Notes: generated from the sequence alone by a model not told the origin. Counted from the first letter of the stretch, positions 6,943 to 17,652 are shown. The stretch: DNA of 64,000 bases from an uncultured virus (IMG/VR IMGVR_UViG_3300008117_000060) (IMGVR_UViG_3300008117_000060); one strand, 5' to 3'. Program-made: numbers and translations.

Positions 6943-7991
6943 CCGAGCTAACAGAACAGCAAAAAGAATTCATTCGCGAAAACTATTTGCAAATCAATGA
7001 CTTGAACGAACTCACCAAACAATGCTTTGGCGACCCTACTCTTGATGGTCGCAAAAAAGAGGGGCGTTTAGTTAGACAATTTTTAATTGATAACAATTAC
7101 TCTTTCTCAACAACTAAAAGAGAAAAAAGCGAAAGCATTGAACTCTCAGACTCGCAAAAAGAGTTTGCCCTTTTGCAGAGTCAAGCTGGCGTGTCAACTT
7201 TCCGCATTGCTGAACTCATTTTCCAAGATCGCGAAGTTAAAAAGCTTGGCATGGAACAAAGAGCAGTGCTTGACTACGTTAGGTCAGTGAATCCTGATCT
7301 TGTTGGCAATTCTGAGTCTGCTCTTCTCACTGAATACATTCCGCCCAAAGCTTTTAGTCGCGTTTTAAAAAAGGTGAATGATGCCACAGGTTTGACGCTA
7401 GATGAGCATAAGCTGTCTCGCCAATACAAGGTTTGCATTGACAAACTCAGCATCAATCTTTCCAATTCTCGTTTTGTGACAATCATGAATAATTACTTGT
7501 CGCAAAAAGACCGCACTCTTTTCGAGGAAGAGTTTATTCGTTTAACTTGGGACAAGCCAGACTTGTCTTCTGACGAATTGAATCTTTACATGAACGTGTG
7601 CAAAGAAATCATCAACTTGGAAGTGATTGGCAAGCACTTGAACAAACTGAATGATCAGTTTGATGAGATTGATGATCAAGAAGATATGACTGTTAGGCTG
7701 GCTGAAATTATCAAAGCAAAGTCGAGCGAATACCATCAGTGCGAAGGCCGCATTGAAAACCTCACGAAAAAGCTACAAGGTGATCGCGCCGAAAGAATGA
7801 AAAACAAATACAAAGAAAATGCATCAATTATTTCTTTGGTTCAGTTATTTCAAGACGAGGAAGAGCGTAAAAACATGGTAAAAATTGCAGAGATGCAAAA
7901 GAAAATGGTTAGCGAAGAAGCCAATAGACTAGAGAGCATGGGTGAATGGAAGTGCCGTGTTCTTGGTATTTCAAAAGAAGATGTCATTTAA
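6939..7991 (+). CDS. Hypothetical helical protein (HTH + coiled coil; possible small terminase)
   Basis: 350-aa ORF coupled to neighbours; function inferred from position only. Confidence 0.5.
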   Translation: MTELTEQQKEFIRENYLQINDLNELTKQCFGDPTLDGRKKEGRLVRQFLIDNNYSFSTTKREKSESIELSDSQKEFALLQSQAGVSTFRIAELIFQDREVKKLGMEQRAVLDYVRSVNPDLVGNSESALLTEYIPPKAFSRVLKKVNDATGLTLDEHKLSRQYKVCIDKLSINLSNSRFVTIMNNYLSQKDRTLFEEEFIRLTWDKPDLSSDELNLYMNVCKEIINLEVIGKHLNKLNDQFDEIDDQEDMTVRLAEIIKAKSSEYHQCEGRIENLTKKLQGDRAERMKNKYKENASIISLVQLFQDEEERKNMVKIAEMQKKMVSEEANRLESMGEWKCRVLGISKEDVI

Positions 7992-8904
7992 TTGTTTAGA
8001 GTGTCAACAAGAGTTCGATTCTGAACGCAGTCTTCATGCTCACATCAAGAAGCATGACATGTTCTTGCATGATTATTATGTGAAGCACTACCAGCGCAGA
8101 GACTTGCTCACTGGAGAACTATTGCCCTTTAAAAACAAAGAGCAGTATTTTCAAACCTATTTCTTGAATAGCGCCAATCAAAATAAATTTTTTGACCAGC
8201 AACACTCTAAAGACTTGGGTGTTTGCATGATCTTATTAGAAATGCTTTGCTCCAAAACAAAAGAGGGTTTTGCTCCGTGCGAAGTGATCTTGAACAGCTA
8301 TGGCTTGCCAAGCATCTCAGTGTTTAAAAAGTTTTTTGGCAGTTATTCTGCGGCGGCTGAGAGTTGCGGTTCTAGGCTCATGTTTAGTGACAAGTTCCCA
8401 AAAGAGTGCCACACTCATCCAAACCCAAAGATTTTTATTGATACGCGAGAGCAACAACCTCTTTCATTCTCAAACCATGAGTTTCTAAAATTAGATTTGG
8501 GCGACTACTGTGTTGAACCAAAGTATTTTAATTATACGTTTGTTGATCGCAAGTCTGAATCAGATTTTAAATCCACGGTTAGCGAAGACAATTTGGACCG
8601 ATTCAAGCGCGAACTCTTGCGTGCGCGTGAGCAGGAGAGCTTCATCTTTGTGGTTGTGGAAAGCGACTTTGAACAGATTCAGCAGAACAACGGTAAAAAC
8701 TCTCACAAGAGCAACTTAGCTTACATCTACCACAACATGAGAGCTTTGCAAATTGAATTCAAAGACTGCTGCCAATTTGTGTTCTCTAGCAACCGCAAGA
8801 ACAGCGAAAAACTCATTCCTCTTCTTTTGGTTCATGGCAAGAAGCTTTGGAATGTGGACTTACAATTTTATATTAATGGAGGGCTACTAAATGGCTTGGA
8901 TTGA
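7981..8904 (+). CDS. C2H2 zinc finger + ERCC4-type nuclease
   Basis: CLEC...HAHIKKH; IDTREQ, LGDY, DRKS. Confidence 0.75.
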   Translation: MSFNCLECQQEFDSERSLHAHIKKHDMFLHDYYVKHYQRRDLLTGELLPFKNKEQYFQTYFLNSANQNKFFDQQHSKDLGVCMILLEMLCSKTKEGFAPCEVILNSYGLPSISVFKKFFGSYSAAAESCGSRLMFSDKFPKECHTHPNPKIFIDTREQQPLSFSNHEFLKLDLGDYCVEPKYFNYTFVDRKSESDFKSTVSEDNLDRFKRELLRAREQESFIFVVVESDFEQIQQNNGKNSHKSNLAYIYHNMRALQIEFKDCCQFVFSSNRKNSEKLIPLLLVHGKKLWNVDLQFYINGGLLNGLD

Positions 8905-10753
8905 AGGCAACCAAAAAAGAAGAAAACATTTCTTAAACATCAATCAAGAGATTCTTGCTTCCAAAGACTTTTTGGAAGAGCGGGAAGCTAAAATCATGCT
9001 ATACAAGTTTCTGAAAGAAAATCCATCTTTCACTTGTGAATTATTAACTGGTATTAAATTGTTTCCGTTTCAGCACATGGCAATTAAAGCTATGATGCTC
9101 ACAGATTACTTTCTAGGCGTTTGGAGTCGCGGTCAGAGTAAAAGCTTCACAACGGGTTTGTTTGCCGCCCTAGACGCTGTTCTGCATCAAGGAGTGCATA
9201 TTGGCATCATCTCTAAGAGCTTTCGTCAGAGTCGCATGATCTTTAACAAGATTGAGGACATTATGAAAACTCCAAAAGCTTCCATGTTTGCCGAGGCTGT
9301 AACAAGAGTTTCCAAAACCAACGATCAGTGGGTTATGGAAGTTGGCAGAAGCAAGATCACTGCTCTGCCTCTTGGCGATGGCGAAAAGCTGCGCGGCTTT
9401 CGTTTTCAACGCATGATTATTGACGAGTTCTTGCTCATGCCAGAACGAATTTTTAATGAAGTTATTTTGCCGTTCTTGTCTGTGGTAGAGAATCCCACAG
9501 AACGTCAAGAAATTTATGGCCTAGAAAGTCAATTGATTGAGTTGGGCCAAATGAAAGAAGAGGAAAGAACTCAGTGGCCAAATAATAAAATTATTGGTTT
9601 GTCTTCTGCGTCTTACAAGTTCGAATACTTGTATAAACTATATCAGCAATACGAGCATCTTATTTTAAATCCAGAAAAAACTGATGTGGCACATCGCGTT
9701 ATCATGCACTTGAGTTACGATTGCGCACCAACACAATTGTATGATCAGTCTTTGATTCAGCAAGCAAAGTCAACCTTGAGTCAGTCTCAGTTTGATCGCG
9801 AGTTTGGGTCAATATTCACAGATGATTCCAGCGGCTACTTTAAAGTTAGCAAAATGGCAGCTTGCACAATTGAAGACGGTCAAGGTCAGTGCGTGGAAGT
9901 GGCTGGCGAACCAAATGATGAATATATTTTATCTTTTGACCCATCTTGGTCAGAAAGCGAAAGCTCTGACGACTTTGGAATGCATGTGATCAAGCTCAAT
10001 AAAGAGAAGCGCACAGGAACAGTTGTGCATAGCTATGCTATTTCTGGCACTCGCCTAAAAGATCATATTTTTTATTTTTATTATCTTTTGACCAGCTTTA
10101 ACATTGTTTGCATTGTTGGCGACTATAATGGTGGCGTGCAATTCCTGAACGCTTGCAACGAGAGCGATTTATTCAAGAGCAACAATTTAAAGATTGACTG
10201 CTTTGATGCAGAGTTTGACGATGTGCAAAACTACAATGCAGCCTTGCGCGAAGCTCGCAATCAATATAATATAGCGTCTAAAAAGATTTGTCATCTTCGC
10301 CGCCCAACTTCGCAATGGATTCGTTTTGCAAACGAGTCGTTGCAATCCTCTTTTGATCACAAGAAGATTTGGTTTGCTGGCAGCGCAGTTAATGATGACT
10401 ATCAGCGCCAAAGAGCCAAGAGCATTCCCATTGAGCAAATTAAGTTCTTGAGAGTGGCTGATGCAGATGAGAAAAACTCAGCGGCTAAAATGATTGATTT
10501 CATTGAGCATCAGAAAGACATGATTGATTTGACAAAAGCTCAGTGCGCCTTGATTCAAGTATCAACCACTAGCCAAGGAACACAGTCTTTCGACTTGCCA
10601 TCAAACCTCAAAAGACAAAATGGCGCAGATAAAGCTCGTCGCGACTCTTATTCTGCTTTGGTATTGGGAAACTGGATGGTTCAAACCTATTTTGACATGA
10701 TGAATTTTCAAGCAGAAGACGCAGAAGCTTCATTCACTCCGTTCTTTGTTTAA
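8891..10753 (+). CDS. terL: Terminase large subunit
   Basis: SRGQSKS Walker A variant, LRGFR, IIDEF, C-terminal RNase H-like SFDPS...D...RDSYSAL. Confidence 0.85.
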   Translation: MAWIEGNQKRRKHFLNINQEILASKDFLEEREAKIMLYKFLKENPSFTCELLTGIKLFPFQHMAIKAMMLTDYFLGVWSRGQSKSFTTGLFAALDAVLHQGVHIGIISKSFRQSRMIFNKIEDIMKTPKASMFAEAVTRVSKTNDQWVMEVGRSKITALPLGDGEKLRGFRFQRMIIDEFLLMPERIFNEVILPFLSVVENPTERQEIYGLESQLIELGQMKEEERTQWPNNKIIGLSSASYKFEYLYKLYQQYEHLILNPEKTDVAHRVIMHLSYDCAPTQLYDQSLIQQAKSTLSQSQFDREFGSIFTDDSSGYFKVSKMAACTIEDGQGQCVEVAGEPNDEYILSFDPSWSESESSDDFGMHVIKLNKEKRTGTVVHSYAISGTRLKDHIFYFYYLLTSFNIVCIVGDYNGGVQFLNACNESDLFKSNNLKIDCFDAEFDDVQNYNAALREARNQYNIASKKICHLRRPTSQWIRFANESLQSSFDHKKIWFAGSAVNDDYQRQRAKSIPIEQIKFLRVADADEKNSAAKMIDFIEHQKDMIDLTKAQCALIQVSTTSQGTQSFDLPSNLKRQNGADKARRDSYSALVLGNWMVQTYFDMMNFQAEDAEASFTPFFV

Positions 10754-10802
10754 AAGTGACTTTTAAAGTAGGATTTCTAAGAATTGCGTGTAATATAAAC
10801 CA

Positions 10803-12770
10803 ATGGCACGCTCTTACAACAAAAAATCTGACTACTGGAAAAAATTTGATCAAAAGTCACTTCCAAACTTTGAATCCACAATTGCTGCTGACATTAATCC
10901 AGTATTAGCTGGAGAACCATTTTATACTTCTGACGCTTCCACAATTCAATTCGCCAAAGCTTCAAGAGAAGGTTTGACTAGAACAGAAGCAACTTCTGCC
11001 AGAGTAAACCGCGCAGCACTTGCGCCAACATTTGATCGCTACAGCAGCATTCGTGCTGGCATGTTGCCATACAGTTTTTCCAACGATGGCGTTTATATTC
11101 GCGAAGCGATTGAGCTATGCCAAAAAGCTTATGCTAATGTTCCTATTTTCCGCAATGCTGTAGATTTGATGTCAGAGTTTTCTAATGGCGAAATCTTTCT
11201 TGAGGATGGCACAGAAAAAGCAAGAGATTTCTTTTATCGCTGGATGCGCAAAATTCGTATTTGGGATTTAAAAGATCAGTTTTTCCGCGAATACTATCGC
11301 AGCGGCAATATCTTCATTTACCGCATGGATGGTAAATTTGACTTGGAAGACTTTAAAAAGCTTTCCACCATGTATGCAGAAGAGGGCGCTGGCATCAGCA
11401 ATCAGATTCCTCTCAAGTACGTTATTCTAAATCCTTTTGATATTGTTGCTAGGCGCGTCACAACCTTTAATGCTACAAGTTACGAAAAAGTTCTTTCTGA
11501 ATATGACTTGGAAAGACTTCGCAATCCGCAATCTGATGAAGACCTTGAGTTGCTTAACTCTTTCTCTGAATCAGATCGCCAAAACATTATGAAGGGCGGC
11601 TTTGCTAAGAATGGATTAAAAATCAAAATCAATCCAGAAAAATTACATTTCGCATTTTATAAAAAACAAGACTATGAGCCTTTCGCTATTCCTTTCGGTT
11701 TTCCTGTTCTGCAAGACATTAATGCCAAGCTTGAACTCAAGAAAATGGACCAAGCAATCACGCGAACCGTTGAGAATGTTATCCTACTTATCACAATGGG
11801 CGCACCGCCCGACAAAGGAGGAATCAACCACCACAATCTCAAAGCCATGCAAGACCTCTTCCGAAACGAATCCGTTGGAAGAGTGCTCATCTCAGACTAC
11901 ACAACAAAAGCTGATTTCGTTATTCCAGACCTTAACAAAGTTCTTGGACCAGCCAAATACGAAACACTAAACAAAGACATTGAGCAAGGTCTTCAAAATA
12001 TTTTCTTTGGTGATGACAAGTATGGCAATATCTCTACAAAGATTGACATGTTTGTTGATCGTCTCAAAGAGAGTCGCCAAGCTTTCTTAAACGAATTCTT
12101 GCAGCCAGAAATCAAACGCATTTCCAAAGCTCTTGGTTTCCGCTCTTATCCAGAGGCTCGCTTCAAAGAAATTGATTTCAAAGACAACACTCAACTTCTT
12201 CGCGTTACTACTCGACTCATGGAGCTTGGAGTTATCACTCCACAACAAGGTCTTACAGTGTTCAACACTGGCAGATTCCCACAAGCAAATGAGATTGGAC
12301 CTGCTCAAGAATCATTTGTTAATGATCGTGAAAAAGGATATTACAATCCGCTTGTTGGCGGCGTGCCAGTTATTCCAAATACTGACGCTCCAGAAACAAA
12401 CCAAACGCCCAAATCTGCTGGTCGTCCAGAAGGCGCAATCACAGAGGCTAATTTCTCGCGCAAAAATATTCAAGAGGTTGTTTATGAAATCGAGGCTTTT
12501 GAAACAAATGTGAAAGCCAAAGCAAAAGAAAATATGGGAGTTAAGAGATTAAACAAGCAGCAAACTTCTGCTATCGAAGAACTCTGCAAAAAGATTATTT
12601 GCGCTCATGAGAAAAATGATTGGGAAAATAAAGCTCTTGAATGTGTAAAAGATTTTAATGCAATAGAATCTTTGGGACTTCTTAGCGAAGTTTCCGAGAT
12701 TGCCGAATCTCACAAATTAGATTTTTATTCAGCAGCCATCCTACATCATAGTCGCACAAATGAGTCCTAA
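10803..12770 (+). CDS. Portal protein
   Basis: Follows terL; FRNAVDLMSEF, EYYRSGNIFIY are portal-like; size fits. Confidence 0.75.
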   Translation: MARSYNKKSDYWKKFDQKSLPNFESTIAADINPVLAGEPFYTSDASTIQFAKASREGLTRTEATSARVNRAALAPTFDRYSSIRAGMLPYSFSNDGVYIREAIELCQKAYANVPIFRNAVDLMSEFSNGEIFLEDGTEKARDFFYRWMRKIRIWDLKDQFFREYYRSGNIFIYRMDGKFDLEDFKKLSTMYAEEGAGISNQIPLKYVILNPFDIVARRVTTFNATSYEKVLSEYDLERLRNPQSDEDLELLNSFSESDRQNIMKGGFAKNGLKIKINPEKLHFAFYKKQDYEPFAIPFGFPVLQDINAKLELKKMDQAITRTVENVILLITMGAPPDKGGINHHNLKAMQDLFRNESVGRVLISDYTTKADFVIPDLNKVLGPAKYETLNKDIEQGLQNIFFGDDKYGNISTKIDMFVDRLKESRQAFLNEFLQPEIKRISKALGFRSYPEARFKEIDFKDNTQLLRVTTRLMELGVITPQQGLTVFNTGRFPQANEIGPAQESFVNDREKGYYNPLVGGVPVIPNTDAPETNQTPKSAGRPEGAITEANFSRKNIQEVVYEIEAFETNVKAKAKENMGVKRLNKQQTSAIEELCKKIICAHEKNDWENKALECVKDFNAIESLGLLSEVSEIAESHKLDFYSAAILHHSRTNES

Positions 12771-13374
12771 CGAAATTCCTATTCCTCTCGAAAAAACAGT
12801 TGTTATCAATGGTTCCACTATTGAAGTTTCAATTGCAGAAAAGAAAATGAGCGACAAAGAAAAAGCTTCTTACCAGAAGTTTATGGCTAAATGCATTTCT
12901 GAAAGTTCTGCCAAAACAGACAAAGAAGCTGCTATTGCTTGCGCTGTTACATTTGAAAGAATGAAAGAAAAGATCATGGCAGAAGACGATCTTGAAGAAA
13001 TTAAAAAAGAAGAGGAAGACGAGGAAGAGGAAGAAGAAAAAGAAGAAGAGGGCAAAACCCTTGAAGAAAAAATCAAACTCGAAAAAGAAGACATCAAAGA
13101 AGACAAGTTTGAACTCGAACTCGAAAAACAAGACCTTAAAGATGACGAAGAATATTTGAAAGAACTTGAGAAGAAAAAAATGGAGCAGTCAAAATCTGCT
13201 GCCAAAAAAGGCGCTAAAATGGAGTATCGTGAAAAAATTAAAACTCCAGCCAATTCTATTGGAATCATCACTGTTGAACAAATCAACAAGTGGGAAAGGG
13301 AAGAAAAAAACGAAAACAGATTGGATGAATTGCGCGAAACCAAAGAGGTTTGGAAAAACACTATAGACTTATAA
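12760..13374 (+). CDS. Glu/Lys-rich head-region protein
   Basis: Low-complexity acidic tract; lies between portal and protease. Confidence 0.6.
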   Translation: MSPNEIPIPLEKTVVINGSTIEVSIAEKKMSDKEKASYQKFMAKCISESSAKTDKEAAIACAVTFERMKEKIMAEDDLEEIKKEEEDEEEEEEKEEEGKTLEEKIKLEKEDIKEDKFELELEKQDLKDDEEYLKELEKKKMEQSKSAAKKGAKMEYREKIKTPANSIGIITVEQINKWEREEKNENRLDELRETKEVWKNTIDL

Positions 13375-13375
13375 A

Positions 13376-14908
13376 ATGGATTTTAAATATCAGACAAAAT
13401 TCGATGTTTCTATTCGCCAGTGTCAAATTGGCGAAAACTCTTTCATTTCCACCGCTTCACTTGAGAATTTAAAAAGCCTTCTTCCAAGCCAAAGCATTGA
13501 CTTGGGCAAAAATATTGATCTCATGGGCGTGGCTTTTGACGCTGCTGTTGTGAATCAATTCAACCGCAATGATGACGGCATTGATTCTGAAACCGCTGTG
13601 CAAATTGCACCATATTTTATTCATAAGCCAACAAACATTGAACACAACAAAAAACAAATTGTTGGCCACATTGTTTCTGCTGGTTTCAATTCTTGGGGCG
13701 AAAATATTCCCATGACAAACCAAGAAGTTGTTGAAACAAATGGCTTGGTAAACTTGGCTCTAGGAGCAGTTATTTATAAACTTGTTGATCCTAAATTCAC
13801 TGACTTGATTTATAAATCAACCAGCGAAAGCAACAATCTTTTTAACACAATCTCCGCAAGTTGGGAGCTTGGATTTAATGAATATGTGTTGGCTGTTGGA
13901 AGCACAAATTTAAAAGAGGCAGAAATCATTTCAAACCCCAAGCATATTGAAGAACTCAAAGGTAAACTTCGTGCTTATGGTGGCAATGGTAAAATGGAAG
14001 ATGGCTCTAAAATTTATCGCTTAGTCAAGGGTTCAGTTTATCCTCTTGGCATTGGTTTTACTGCTAATCCAGCCGCTAATGTAAAAGGCTTGTTGCTTGA
14101 TAACGGCAGCATTCCAGAAGAAAACGTGTCGTTCAAAGACCCACGGGATAAAAAAGTATTTGCAATGAATACAAAAAATATTTCCCAATTCAACCTCAAA
14201 GATGTAAACACTAAAAAATCTATGGATTTAGAAACATTCCTTTCAGAACTTAAAGCTTCTCTTTCAGAGAAGAAATTTTCGGAAGAAGCAATCGCCAGCA
14301 TGACCAGCACCTTTGCTGATGCAATTCGTCAAAAGGACGAAGAGTATCGCGCTACCAAGGCTGAGAAAGAAGCTTCCGAAACCAAGGCCAAAGAACTTTT
14401 GGCTTCTGTTGAAACTCTTCAAAAAGAACTTGCCGACACAAAGGTAAAGCTTCAAGAAATTGAAGCCGCTCAAGAAGCTGAAAAAGCTTTGGCTCGTTTC
14501 AACGCTCGCATGGAGCAAATTGACAATCTTTATTCTCTCGAAGACGAAGATCGCAAAGTTATTGCTTCCGAGCTTCAAACCGTTGAAGCTTCTGACGAAG
14601 CTTTCGCAGCTTATCAAGAAAAGCTCTCTGTTGTGCTCAAGCATAAGAACAAGGAATACCTTGGTCGCTTGGCCGAAGAAACAGAAGCTAAGATTGCTGC
14701 CGAAGTTGAAAAGCGTCTCGCTGAACTCAACAAATCCACCGCTTCCACTAAAACCGAAGCTGAACTCGCAGAAGAAGCTCTTGAAAAAGCCAAGGCTTCC
14801 GCTGACAAAACCATTCCGAACAACAACGGAGAAACTTCCCTAGAAAAGCAGAGCTTGAAAGAAAAATTTGCCTCCGCATTTTCTCGTGAAAACATCCTAA
14901 TTTCTTAA
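13376..14908 (+). CDS. Prohead protease fused to coiled-coil scaffold
   Basis: NRNDDG, NIEH, IVGHI, SASWE, NPAA motifs; C-terminal E/K/A coiled coil. Confidence 0.75.
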   Translation: MDFKYQTKFDVSIRQCQIGENSFISTASLENLKSLLPSQSIDLGKNIDLMGVAFDAAVVNQFNRNDDGIDSETAVQIAPYFIHKPTNIEHNKKQIVGHIVSAGFNSWGENIPMTNQEVVETNGLVNLALGAVIYKLVDPKFTDLIYKSTSESNNLFNTISASWELGFNEYVLAVGSTNLKEAEIISNPKHIEELKGKLRAYGGNGKMEDGSKIYRLVKGSVYPLGIGFTANPAANVKGLLLDNGSIPEENVSFKDPRDKKVFAMNTKNISQFNLKDVNTKKSMDLETFLSELKASLSEKKFSEEAIASMTSTFADAIRQKDEEYRATKAEKEASETKAKELLASVETLQKELADTKVKLQEIEAAQEAEKALARFNARMEQIDNLYSLEDEDRKVIASELQTVEASDEAFAAYQEKLSVVLKHKNKEYLGRLAEETEAKIAAEVEKRLAELNKSTASTKTEAELAEEALEKAKASADKTIPNNNGETSLEKQSLKEKFASAFSRENILIS

Positions 14909-14923
14909 TTTAACTAACCCAAT

Positions 14924-15541
14924 ATGGCTACCAGACTACTCCCATTCCGTCAATATGATGATAACGATGTCATCAACATGTACGCACTAGCTGATGCTGC
15001 CGTCAACGACAATGTAACTGGCGTTGGCAGCGGTGATGCTGGTGTTTTCGTTAAGGTTTCCGAAGGAAACTTTGACCTAGACCCTGTAAGTTATGCTACC
15101 AACAGCTACATCGGCAAAACCGACTATCCGTTTGTTGGCGCTAACCAATATCCTTCCGTCAACCTCAAGGTTACTCCTGCCGCCTCTGGCGACACCACCA
15201 ACTGCCTTGGCATCACTCTTCGCCAGACTGCAAAGTTTGACGAAAACGGTGAAAAGCTTCTTTACTATCGCCAAAAGGCCGAAGAACTTATGTGCGTGCT
15301 TCCTGGACAAGCTGTTCCAGTTGCCACTCGCGGTATGTTCTCCCTTGGCGCTAATGCTATTGATGGCACTCTCACTGTCGGCAGCGGCTTCAAGCTATCA
15401 GCTAACGCTGGTAAAGTCACTGGTTGCGCTCACTCCGATGCTGGCAAGCTTGGTCTTGTTCTTGGCACTGGTTCACGCACTTCCCAAAGCACCACAGATC
15501 AATTCGCTGGCAATTTCGCCGTGGTTGGCCTTCGCATGTAA
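14924..15541 (+). CDS. Capsid decoration/cement protein
   Basis: Between scaffold and capsid; G/A-rich beta protein; biased codons. Confidence 0.55.
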   Translation: MATRLLPFRQYDDNDVINMYALADAAVNDNVTGVGSGDAGVFVKVSEGNFDLDPVSYATNSYIGKTDYPFVGANQYPSVNLKVTPAASGDTTNCLGITLRQTAKFDENGEKLLYYRQKAEELMCVLPGQAVPVATRGMFSLGANAIDGTLTVGSGFKLSANAGKVTGCAHSDAGKLGLVLGTGSRTSQSTTDQFAGNFAVVGLRM

Positions 15542-15568
15542 TCTTAACCAAGGAGGAAACAATTTAAT

Positions 15569-16681
15569 ATGAAAATCACTCTTAAAAGAACTCCAGAACA
15601 AATCGAACTAATCAAGGCCACCGCCTCTCGCAACCGTCAGGTTGCTTATGAAGCTCAGGTTGCTCTTGCCGAGTTCATTGGCCCTGTTCTAGCCGAAGTT
15701 ATCAACAACGCTCCAACCCTTAGTAATCTCTTTACTCAGTTGCAGTTCAATGCTGATGACAATCCTTCCATTCCGCTTGACCTATACTATGATATTTCCG
15801 ACGAGGACTATATCACTGTTTATAGCCAAAGCGCTGCTGGTGGTCTTCCACAGAACCAAGTCCTTCCGACTGTTTCTGAAATGAAGATTGCTACCTACAC
15901 TCTCGATTCAGCCCTTAGCTTTGATCGTCGTTATGCTGCCAAGAGCCGCATGGACGTTGTGAGCAAGACCTTTACCCGCATGGCTCAAGAAATTCTTCTC
16001 AAGCAGGAGCGCACCAGCGCCAACTTGCTCATGAGCGCTCTTGCCAATGCTCAAACCAACGGTCTTGACCATATCATCAGCGCTACAACCGCTGGAAGCT
16101 TCTTGCTCCAAGACTTCAACAACCTCATCACCCGCGCTCGCCGCATCAACACTTCCTTCTCTAAGGGTACTCCAGAAGGCGCTGCTAATGCTCGCGGTAT
16201 CACTGACCTCATCATCAGCCCTGAGTTGGAAAACTCAATCCGTTCGATGGCTTACAACCCCATCAACACCAAGGGCGCTGGCGCTGCTGCGCTAGGTAGC
16301 TCCGATTACCGCTCAAACGGTATCGCTGCTCCTGATGAAATGCGCATGGCTCTCTATAACTCCGCTGGTCTTCCAGAGTTTTATGGTGTGTCCATCATGG
16401 TGATCAATGAGCTTGGTAAGAATCAGAAGTACAACACCATCTTCGACACTGTTTATAGTGGCAGCTTCAATCCAGCTACTCAAGAAATCGCCGTTGGTCT
16501 TGACCGTGGCCGTGAGTCACTCATCCGCGCTACCGCTATTGATGGCGACAGCGGTGCTGAGTTCAGCCTCATTGCTGACGACCAATACAGCATCCGTCAG
16601 AACAAGATTGGCTACTTCGGTTCCCTCGAAGAAGGCCGTATGGTTCTCGACAACCGTGCTCTCCTTGGCGTGATCGTCTAA
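15569..16681 (+). CDS. Major capsid protein
   Basis: Position, 370 aa, strong codon bias, AAGGAGG SD-like site, strong terminator downstream. Confidence 0.75.
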   Translation: MKITLKRTPEQIELIKATASRNRQVAYEAQVALAEFIGPVLAEVINNAPTLSNLFTQLQFNADDNPSIPLDLYYDISDEDYITVYSQSAAGGLPQNQVLPTVSEMKIATYTLDSALSFDRRYAAKSRMDVVSKTFTRMAQEILLKQERTSANLLMSALANAQTNGLDHIISATTAGSFLLQDFNNLITRARRINTSFSKGTPEGAANARGITDLIISPELENSIRSMAYNPINTKGAGAAALGSSDYRSNGIAAPDEMRMALYNSAGLPEFYGVSIMVINELGKNQKYNTIFDTVYSGSFNPATQEIAVGLDRGRESLIRATAIDGDSGAEFSLIADDQYSIRQNKIGYFGSLEEGRMVLDNRALLGVIV

Positions 16682-16695
16682 TCCGTCCTCAAATC

Positions 16696-16727
16696 AAGGG
16701 ACTGCCCGAAAGGGCAGTCCCTTTTTT
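16696..16727 (+). terminator. Intrinsic terminator
   Basis: AAGGGACTGCCC-GAAA-GGGCAGTCCCTT-TTTT. Confidence 0.9.
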
Positions 16728-16761
16728 GTTTACTTTTGAAAGTTTAACTGTATAATAATAT

Positions 16762-17127
16762 ATGAATCTAAAAGACGAATTAAACAATCTTGAACACGTT
16801 AACGGCAAAGAATACAAGGAAAAGCTTTTGAAGCTAGAAAAGATTCTTGGGGTTCAAGAAGTTAATCCATTTAAAACCACTGACCCACAAGTATTTGAAG
16901 ATCGCCTTGCTGAAATGAATTACTCGGAAATGCAAGCCTTGGCAATGCGCGTTGGCCTTAGTCCCTATCTGCAAAAGCCGCAATTAAAAAAGGCTCTTGC
17001 CAAACAATTTCGCAGCTACAATCTTAATGCAACTGGCAAGCTTTTGCCGCTAACTGCTAAGTCTATTGAGCTTGACCCAAACAATCCACAACACCAAAAA
17101 ACCCTTAAAATCTTAGGAGAGTTTTAA
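16762..17127 (+). CDS. Hypothetical protein
   Basis: 121-aa ORF in head module. Confidence 0.65.
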   Translation: MNLKDELNNLEHVNGKEYKEKLLKLEKILGVQEVNPFKTTDPQVFEDRLAEMNYSEMQALAMRVGLSPYLQKPQLKKALAKQFRSYNLNATGKLLPLTAKSIELDPNNPQHQKTLKILGEF

Positions 17128-17636
17128 TGAGCGTATATTCTGACTTAGCACACGAAGTTTTCTCTGTTGAGTTTGGCTCTGAAACTGGCACAACCACTTT
17201 CACTCAAATCAGCGGTTGGTTTTCTACTAATCTTGGGCTTCTCAATAATCTTCTTTACACAAGCTTTAGCGGTTCAGACCCATCATTGGGCGAAGAAGAG
17301 AAGGCGATTTTTAAAGAGCTTTATTTAAGCAATTTTTATGCTCGTCAAGCTCGTAATGCACTGAGAGGAATCTTGGCATCCAGCAATAATGGCGACAATA
17401 TTCTTTCTGTTTCTGATGGAGACAACTCCATCACATTTGTTAACCGTAATGAAGTTAGCAAGGTTTATCGCGGTTTAGCGACAGACTCTCAGCAGAAGCT
17501 TAATGGTCTTGTTTACGCCTACAATAGCTACAAAGCTGAACCTCGTCAACTTGGAGGGCTTGAGGCTGGATACCAATCTGGAAGTGGGTATTATTATGGA
17601 TTTCCATATACTTACTATCCTGGCGGCTATCTATAA
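17127..17636 (+). CDS. Probable head-tail adaptor
   Basis: Position; SVSDGDNSITF hairpin typical of gp15/gp6-like adaptors. Confidence 0.5.
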   Translation: MSVYSDLAHEVFSVEFGSETGTTTFTQISGWFSTNLGLLNNLLYTSFSGSDPSLGEEEKAIFKELYLSNFYARQARNALRGILASSNNGDNILSVSDGDNSITFVNRNEVSKVYRGLATDSQQKLNGLVYAYNSYKAEPRQLGGLEAGYQSGSGYYYGFPYTYYPGGYL

Positions 17637-17652
17637 AACAAATTTAGGTAAT

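Noticed and set aside
12829..13361. Poly-Phe and poly-Ser antisense ORFs and other shadow ORFs
   Set aside because: Reverse-strand artefacts of GAA/AAA-rich or codon-biased genes.
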